Source: the human T2T-CHM13v2.0 reference genome, Homo sapiens. Taken from it: a stretch of 64,000 nt of DNA. The notes under the pieces are model-generated. The model searched no databases. It was not told the DNA's origin and was given only the letters and a program-made list of their open reading frames with translations. Made by a program: the position numbers and the translations under genes. This document shows, in pieces, positions 55,991 through 64,000 of this stretch (its first letter is position 1; every line of letters begins with the position of its first letter). The stretch is taken from NCBI RefSeq assembly GCF_009914755.1, contig NC_060940.1. One strand, written 5' to 3'.

Positions 55991-56789
55991 CATAATGAAA
56001 TGGTGGAAGAGCAGTGTTAGGGTGAGTGTTCCCATCCAGAGGAGGGCCCCGTGGCCCTTGGAAGGGGGAAAGCGAGAGACCTCCTGCAGGAGGATGTACA
56101 GCCTGAGCTGGAAGCAGAGCAAGGTGAGGCTACCACCCACATCTCTTCCCCAGCAGTCATCTCAAGGGTACGACTAATGTGCTTTGTGGAACAGGTAATT
56201 TACAGAGTTGCTCAAGACCCCAATTCTTTAGATGTTGTCCATGAACTTCTGTTTCAAACTTTTAGGAATGAGTTATGACACACCACCCTGAAAATTCAAT
56301 TACCTCCGCAAGACATTCAGCATAAATCAAAGATATTTAGAGCTGGAAGAGGCATTTGAGATCATCCACAGAGTGCAAGTGACTTGCCCAAGGTCACACT
56401 GCAGACGGTAGGGTCGGGGGGGATAGATGAGCAACCCATAACTTTTGCCTCTATTGGCACGTGCTGGGAAGGGCAGTTGCCTTCACAGTTAGCCCCTTTG
56501 TCTCTATCATCAGATTAGAGTAGAGAAAAGGCCTGGGAAGAGAATCAGAGAATCAAACGTAGACTCTGAGTTCCCCCAACATGGTTCTTGATATCTGATC
56601 AGTAACGGGGGGATAATTGCGACTGCCCTGCTGAGAATTAAATGAGGTAATGTCTGAAGACATTAGGTTAGTAAATGGTACATAGTCCTGCAAATGCAAA
56701 GGGGTTATTAATAATCTTTATTATTCATTATTAGGAGTTATTATTGTTCGTTGTGCCTGGAATAATGATCACTATGTTGTTTCTCATTT

Positions 56790-57870
56790 TTAACATATTT
56801 TGTTTGCTTAATAAAGTATATTTTAAAATTCAAACACTACAGAGAATATAAAATGAAAAGTCACAGTCTTTCTTCCAGCCTCCCAAAACCCCACTCCTTT
56901 CCCCAAAGGCAGCCTCTGTTAATATAACAGTTTCTTATAGATCCTTCCAGAAAATGCTTTCTGCATAAAATAGCATGTGCATGTGCATGTGTATGTGTGT
57001 CTTTTCCATTGTTCTACACTTTGCAATTTTATTATCCTCATGTAACAGTATACCTCAGACAGGGTTACACAGCAGTGATATAGATTCACTTCATTCTTCT
57101 TTAATGAGGAAAAAGTGTTCCATTAATGGATAAACCAGAAAGTTTTTAACCACACTCCGGTTGATGGTCATTTGTGGTCTTGTTGGGATTTTTTCCATTC
57201 CAACAGAAATGCTATGTGCACCTCATACATTCATTTCAAAGCGTGGAGAATCACCATAGCATATGTTCTTAAGACTGGAAGTTACTGGGTCAAACACCAT
57301 GTGCATTTCAAGTCTTGAAAGATGTGGCTAAGCTGTCGTCCAGACAGACATTACACTAGCAGTCCCCCCAACACACACACATACATTTCTCCCATTAAAT
57401 GTGTATGGGAGTGTCTCTTTTTCCCAAACTCTTGTCAATCCAGTATGATAGAAAACTTTTTAATATTTGTCAACCCGAAAAGTGAAAAATGGAATTTTAT
57501 TACTATTTTGATTTGTATCTCTTGTATTATGACTACCAGTGAACTTCTTTTCATATGTTGATTGGCATTGTGCAGTGTTGTTTTGTTTTGTTTAGAGGAA
57601 GGTGTGTGTGTCTGTGTGTGTATGTGTGAGAGAGAGAGAGAGAGAGAGAAGGAGAGAGAGGGAGATGAAGTAGAAGCTCCCTTATTAAATGCTTGTTTAT
57701 AGCCTTGGCCCATTTTTTCTACTTTTTCTCCCACGTCACTTTGTATAACCCTCTTATACATTCAGGAAAGCAGCCTTTGGTTAAATGGTACACACTTTTG
57801 TCCCCCCCCCACCCCTCGGTTTATTATTAATTTATTTCTTTATCATATTTTTTGCCATGGATTTTTTTAA
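56790..57870 (-). mobile_element. Old L1ME-type 3' relic with a (TG)n(GA)n microsatellite at about 57602-57662
   Basis: cagtttcttatagatccttccagaaa; tactgggtcaaa; ttttcatatgttgattggcat. Confidence 0.65.
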
Positions 57871-57914
57871 TGTATAAAATAACCTTCTAACAGATCCTTT
57901 CATTTTCACCCTTA

Positions 57915-58492
57915 CCACAACTGTAATCTTTTAAAAACGAAAGCCAGATCATGTTGCTCCCTTGCGTAAAACCTTCCTACTGTTTTCCATCATTCTTAGA
58001 ATAAATTCTGCAAATTTACCATGACCTTAAAGGCCCTTCCTGGTCCAGAAGCTGCCTGTCTCTCCAGCTCATGCCTCCCCTTCACTCACTGGGCACCACG
58101 CATGCCTGAGCTCCTGCTCGTGTCAGTTCTTGGTACCTTGTTTAACTTCCATCTAGAATGTTTTTTCCTCTTGTCGACAGATAGCGGACAGAAGACGGCA
58201 CTTCCATTCTTCGAGCCATGGTTTCAGAGTCACCTTCTCAGAGAGGCTTCTGGTATCCCCCATTTAAAGGAGGCCTGCCTTGGTTATCCTCTGTCTCCAT
58301 TCCATGTCTGTCTTCTTACACTTACCACAGTGTACAGGTACTTATGGTTTGCTTCCCTCTGTCATTTCCACTCCAGAATACAAGCTCCCTGAGGACAGGA
58401 CCCTGTCTGTCTTGTTCACCATTGCAGCCCAGCATCTCTACCAGTGCCTGAAACATGTAGTCTCTCCCCAGTTCTTATTTAATGCATGAATT
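57915..58492 (+). mobile_element. L2 3' region
   Basis: cagatcatgttgctccc...aaaaccttc; cacttctc-like cagagaggc; caagctccctgaggacagggac-like end. Confidence 0.75.
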
Positions 58493-58591
58493 CATGTCTA
58501 GTTAGAATTCCCATCCCCTTCCTTCACAGCTTTGCATTTTTCTGGGACGTTTAGAAAGGTATTGATCTCTTGTTTCATTTTCAGGTTCGAG

Positions 58592-59050
58592 GTCATTCAT
58601 TGAGATTCCTTTTCATTCAGTGCCCTCTCTGTTCCAGGCACTGTTTGTAGGCACTGGGATTACTGTGTGAACAAGACAGTGGCCCTCCAAAAACTCTAAT
58701 CCCAGTGTGGACATCATGAGCCCATCACAAAAGGTAAATGGAGAAAAGAAATAAATGATTTTCAAAGATGACAAGAGCTATGGAGAATATAAAGCAGGAT
58801 TATGTGAATGTGAAAATAAATTTAAATAAAATAAACTTGAAGTAAAGCAGGATTATGAATGTCATTATGTGAAAATAAAGCAGGATGGGGGTGCCCAGGG
58901 GGGTCTCTCAGGAGGGGACACATAAGCAAGATGAGAAAGAGGCAGTGTGGGACAAGTGTGCCAGGCAGGAGAACACCAGGTGCCAAGTTGCTGAGCAGGA
59001 AGGAGCTTGGTGAGTCCCAGGCACAGAGATACTGGGGCAGCCTCAGAGGA
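58592..59050 (-). mobile_element. L2
   Basis: gttccaggcactgttt...gtgaacaagacag; ccaggcaggagaacacc. Confidence 0.65.
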
Positions 59051-59291
59051 GTTCCTCAGTCATGAGAGGAGGGATCACCCCACAGAGGTGGGCAGGGACT
59101 TCCGGGGACATGTATGGCACCATTCTAACTGCAAGGAGCAGCCACTGCCGCTCTCTAAACCAGGGAGGGCACCACACTGTGATCCATTTAGAAGTCAGTT
59201 TAGTGAAAGAAAAAAAGAGAGACCTAGCCTCATAATTTGTCTTTACTCAAAACTGCTGGTCAGTTGTCTCATGTATTAAATAATTCATCCT

Positions 59292-59616
59292 GGCCGGGCA
59301 TAGTGGCTCACGCCTATAATCCCAGCACTTTGGGAGGCTGAGGCAGGCGGATCACTTGAGGTCAGGAGTTCGCAACCAGCCTGGCCTCGGCCTTTTCACA
59401 TGGTGAAACCCTGTCTTTACTAAAAATACAAAAATTAGCCGGGTGTGGAGGTGGGCACCTGTCATCCCAGTTACTCCGGAGGCTGAGGCAGGAGAATCAC
59501 TTGAACCCTGAACCCAGGAGGTGGAGATTGCAGTGAGCTGAGATCGCACCACTGCACTCCAGCCTGGGTGACAGAGAGACACTCTGTCTCAAAATAAATA
59601 AGTAAAATGAAATAAA
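59292..59616 (+). mobile_element. AluS (Sz-like) with small internal insertions
   Basis: Full Alu with an extra tcggccttttc and a duplicated tgaaccc. Confidence 0.92.
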
Positions 59617-59668
59617 TCTATTTTTCCCTCCCCAAGATTTGATGTGACGTGCTTCTTTTAACATGCTT

Positions 59669-60094
59669 TGGTGGCCCTTGAACAACTTGGCGGTTGGGAA
59701 TACCAACCTCCCACGCTGTCAAAAATCCACATGTAACTTTCAACTCCCCCAAAATTTAGCTACTATTACTGTTGACTGGAAGCCTTACTGATAACATAGT
59801 CAATTAACATATATTTTGTATGTCATATGCATTATATACAGTATCTTACGATAAAGTAAGCTAGAGAAAAGAAAATGTCAAGAAAATCATAAGGAAAAGA
59901 AAATATATTTACTATTCATTAAGTGGAAGTGGATCATCATAAAGATCTTCATCCTCATTGTATTCAGTTGAGGAGGTTGAGAGGGAGGAAGGGGAGGGGT
60001 TGGTCTTGTTCTCTCAGGGGTGGCAGAGGCGGAAGAAAACTCACAAGTAAGTTAATTCCTGCAGTTCAAATCCCTGTTGTTCAAGGGTCAACTA
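59669..60094. mobile_element. Tigger2a (MER28), inverted relative to the copy at 55476
   Basis: TIRs ggcccttgaacaac...tgttgttcaagggtcaact; interior is the reverse complement of the 55476 element. Confidence 0.9.
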
Positions 60095-60569
60095 ACTGTC
60101 CTAAATTTCCCTTGGATATTTAGTATATTTAGGGGCTCCATTCTGTTCATTTGTTACCTGAAACCAAACGTTTTGATTATTGTATCTTCATGATATATTT
60201 TAACATCTCCAACCACCACCCTTCCTTTATTATTATTTTTTACAGAATTATCCTAATTTTACACATTTGTTTTTTCCCAGGTTATTTCCTAATCCTTCTG
60301 CCAAATTTCAAAAGTGAAATCCTCTTCATGTTTTAACTAAAATGTGTTAATAAATTAAAGAGATATTGTGTTTTTAACAATATTATAATATTCTAGTAAT
60401 AATATACACCACCTATTTTTACTTGTTCCCATAGTGGATTTTTGCTTTTTATACATTAATTCAACAGCTATTGGTTTATTAAAATAACTCATATAACTTG
60501 CTTGTAAAAACTTGTGGAAATTTGGAAAACAGAAACGCAAAAGGAAAAAGAAAATACAGAAGCAACTAA

Positions 60570-61013
<444 letters not shown>

Positions 61014-61579
61014 GAAATTTCATATTTGATCCTGTGATAGTAAGTATTTTCTAAAGCAAAATTATAATAGTTACCCAATATTATACCACACAAATTTTTG
61101 ATAATTTATTTAACCACTATTTAATTATTATACATGTCAAGGATTTGGGGTAATGTTTGGTTCTTGTAAGTGTTATTACAATGAACGCCTTTGAATTTTT
61201 CTTCTAAAAGAAAAATGTAAAGCTATCTTGTAAAGATAGTTCCTTTTGACTTCACCTGTAGTTGACATCTTTTACTAGTTTTTCTCCTGGAGTGGAAGGC
61301 CCTTTTGTATAGCAAAGGTTTTAACCCTTTTTCTGCCAAATGCGTATGATGTTCACCTAGTTTGCTGTTTGCCTTTTAATTGTATAGAGTATATTGAATG
61401 AGGGAAGGTTAAATTTTTTAATATTTTGGGGATTTTTTTAAAAGGTGAGGATCTATCTAGATTGATTTTTCTTCCAAATAATCAATTTTCACGATATGAT
61501 TTGTTGAACTATATGCCCTTATTATTCTCATTCTGAAGGTGTTTTAGTCTATACCAACTTCTAGTTCACACAGAACTAT

Positions 61580-61639
61580 CTATTCTATTCTATTCTATTC
61601 TATTCTATTCTATTCTATTCTATTCTATTCTATTCTATT
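61580..61639. repeat. (CTATT)12 pentanucleotide STR
   Basis: 12 uninterrupted units. Confidence 0.97.
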
Positions 61640-61756
61640 CACCTGTCGGTTGAGTCTTACTCCTGTGCTAAACCATTGTAATTACTAGTGTCATGTTGTA
61701 TTTCAATTTCCTGAAGGTAAGAGTTCCGTTTTTCAATATGTTCTAATTCACACAGC

Positions 61757-61793
61757 GGCCGGTTAGCTCAATTGGTTAGAGTGTGGTGCTAAT
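61757..61793 (+). pseudogene. tRNA-Ile(AAT) 5'-half retropseudogene, tail-less and TSD-flanked
   Basis: ggccggttagctcaattggttagagtgtggtgctaat matches the first 37 nt of tRNA-Ile-AAT with 2 substitutions and ends at the anticodon; flanked by (t)caa(t/a)atgttctaattc direct repeats. Confidence 0.92.
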
Positions 61794-61987
61794 CAAAATG
61801 TTCTAATTCTGAATCCAGAATAGAAAGAGGTCTCAAATAAACAGCAAGAATCTCATACATGTTGGCTGGTGTGTTCATATGAGAATTAATTCCACACCAA
61901 GCGCACTAACTATGCTGAAATGGAAGAGCTGGGAAAGAGATCTTATGCCTTGACTGCCTGCTTCCTTGAAACAAAGGCGCTCATTGG

Positions 61988-62014
61988 AAACTACAGTTCC
62001 CAAAATCCACTGCT
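61988..62014 (+). promoter_or_regulatory. ZNF143/THAP11-type motif (ACTACAnnTCCCA)
   Basis: aaactacagttcccaaaatccactgc; motif match only, no functional evidence. Confidence 0.4.
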
Positions 62015-62464
62015 CCAGGGCTTGACTGGTGCCTCTGCTGCCCACTGCACTGAGCTCATGAACCACTCTGGCCAGAATGGTCCTTTCATCGGGCTCCAGA
62101 CAGCAGCCAGAGGATGTCCTGAGATGGTGGCTAGGAGAGGGAAGATATAAAATGTGCTCTGAGGGCCTCAAAGGCAGGACCACTGTCTATTGGGATGGAT
62201 GTTCAGTTCTTAGGTTAGACAGGACACTAGCCCTCTGGCCCAAGAAGCCCGGAGAGAGGGAGAACCCCTCGACCTGTCTTCTTCCCTTTTGGCTAATACA
62301 TTCATTCAGACTGGAGTGGCAGAACACGCTTTGGCATTTAACAGCAATCTCCATTCTGCTTCGTGTAGAAACTGCCCTAGATACCTGGATCATGAGCTAC
62401 CAGTCTTGTTTTCCGGCAATGATATCCTGTTCTGCTCCTTTCTGTTACTTTAAAAGTATATCTG

Positions 62465-62808
<344 letters not shown>

Positions 62809-63256
62809 TTAAGAATTGCTTGCCAGGTGCCACCTGGAATTAGAAGTCACCAATTACTTGTTTTAGTAAATAAATAAAGTAAATATAAAATGCTAATGTC
62901 TTTCAGTATTAAGTTTTGCAAGAAGTGGCTGCAATTTTTCTCTGTGGGTGCTGTTGACAGCTCCTGCTTGGTCTTAGGAAGCTGGGGAAGACAGAAAGAA
63001 GGAATAATGGCTACTAAGCAGCTTGGGAGAGGGAGAGTTTCCTTAGCCCATGAGCTCAAACTATGTCACTTCTCTGTATTACCTGTATTACCTCTAAGAC
63101 CCTGCTGAGAATAAGAAGCTGATAGCTTTGTTCCCATTTGCCATGGTTCCCTGGGTGCCCTCTCCCTCCCTAAGGGACTTCACAGAGATGGCAGAGATGG
63201 TTCAAGGCTATCTGGGGTCCTCTGGCCATAACCAGGGCACAGTCTTAGGCCACACA

Positions 63257-63853
63257 TGATGGGCAGAATCTCCCCCCACTCCCAACATTCTGGTCCCCTA
63301 GTTACTCCAATGCTAATCGAGGTACTGCGGTAAAGGGATTTTGTAGATGTAAAGTCCCAAATCAACAGACCTTAAAAAGCAGCGGTTATCTGGGTGGGCC
63401 TGACCCAATCAGATGAGCCATTTAAAAGCAGAATTTTCTCCAGCTGGTGGCAGAAGAGGAATCAGAAAGATTTGAGGCACAAGGGGATTTGCTATGTCTT
63501 TGTTGGTTTGAAGATGCGGGCGACCCCAGGAAAAGGAATGTGAGTGGCCTTACGTTGCTCACAGAGGCTCCTGATTGACCTCCAGCAAGGAAACAGACTC
63601 CAGTCCTTCACCCATAAGAAGCCAATTCTGTCAATACTTTGAGTGAGCTTGGAAATAGATGTCTCCCCAGAGCTCCCAGTAGAGGACTCAATCCAGCCTG
63701 TACCTTAATATCAGTCTTATGATACCCTGAGCAGAGAATTCAGCCATACCATGCTGGACTTCTGACCTACAAAACTGTATACGAATAAATGGGCGTTGCT
63801 TTAAGCCATTAAATTTGTGGTGATTAGTTATGCAGCAATAGAAAACTAATACA
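63257..63853 (+). mobile_element. MLT1E-type MaLR solo LTR
   Basis: gggtgggcctgacccaatcag...gccattaaatttgtgg...gcagcaatagaaaactaataca. Confidence 0.88.
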
Positions 63854-64000
63854 GCATCCAGTGGCAACAAAACACGCCTCCCAGACCTGATTCCTCACTG
63901 TGCTGAGCAGATCGGCCTGGACTACAGCCCTGCTCTCTCTGCATCTTTGCAGGAAATTCCCTGTCAAAGATCAAAAGTTAGCCCAGTGTGGTTCATGACA

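Noticed and set aside
61757-61793. Functional tRNA-Ile gene
   Set aside because: Lacks the 3' half, B box and terminator; cannot fold into a cloverleaf.

Overview
This is primate, almost certainly human, non-coding genomic DNA (intronic or intergenic). It is CpG-depleted, has no CpG island, and I found no recognisable protein-coding exon, so I cannot name the locus. Much of the window is interspersed repeat: Alus (J and S subfamilies, FLAM/FRAM), old and intermediate L1s (including a nested stack at about 8.2-16.7 kb), L2 and MIR relics, LTRs (MER57, MLT1/MLT2, MST, THE1, LTR16, LTR33, and a near-complete MST provirus), hAT and Tigger DNA-transposon fossils, and simple repeats. The ORF-track entries are explained by repeats, low complexity or chance. 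I see no evidence of a new multi-gene system. The most notable items are: (1) a TSD-flanked, tail-less retrocopy of a tRNA-Ile(AAT) 5' half with a possible pre-tRNA leader (61733-61809); (2) a roughly 90%-identical inverted pair of L2-derived arms 1 kb apart (22403-23568), next to a satellite-III-like array grown from the L2 tail; (3) a near-perfect MIR-derived hairpin of pre-miRNA size (18741-18889); (4) an old twin-primed L1 carrying a 29-bp minisatellite; (5) several unique, motif-rich enhancer candidates. Repeat family names come from my recall of consensus sequences, subfamily calls are approximate, and boundaries without a stated TSD are approximate.
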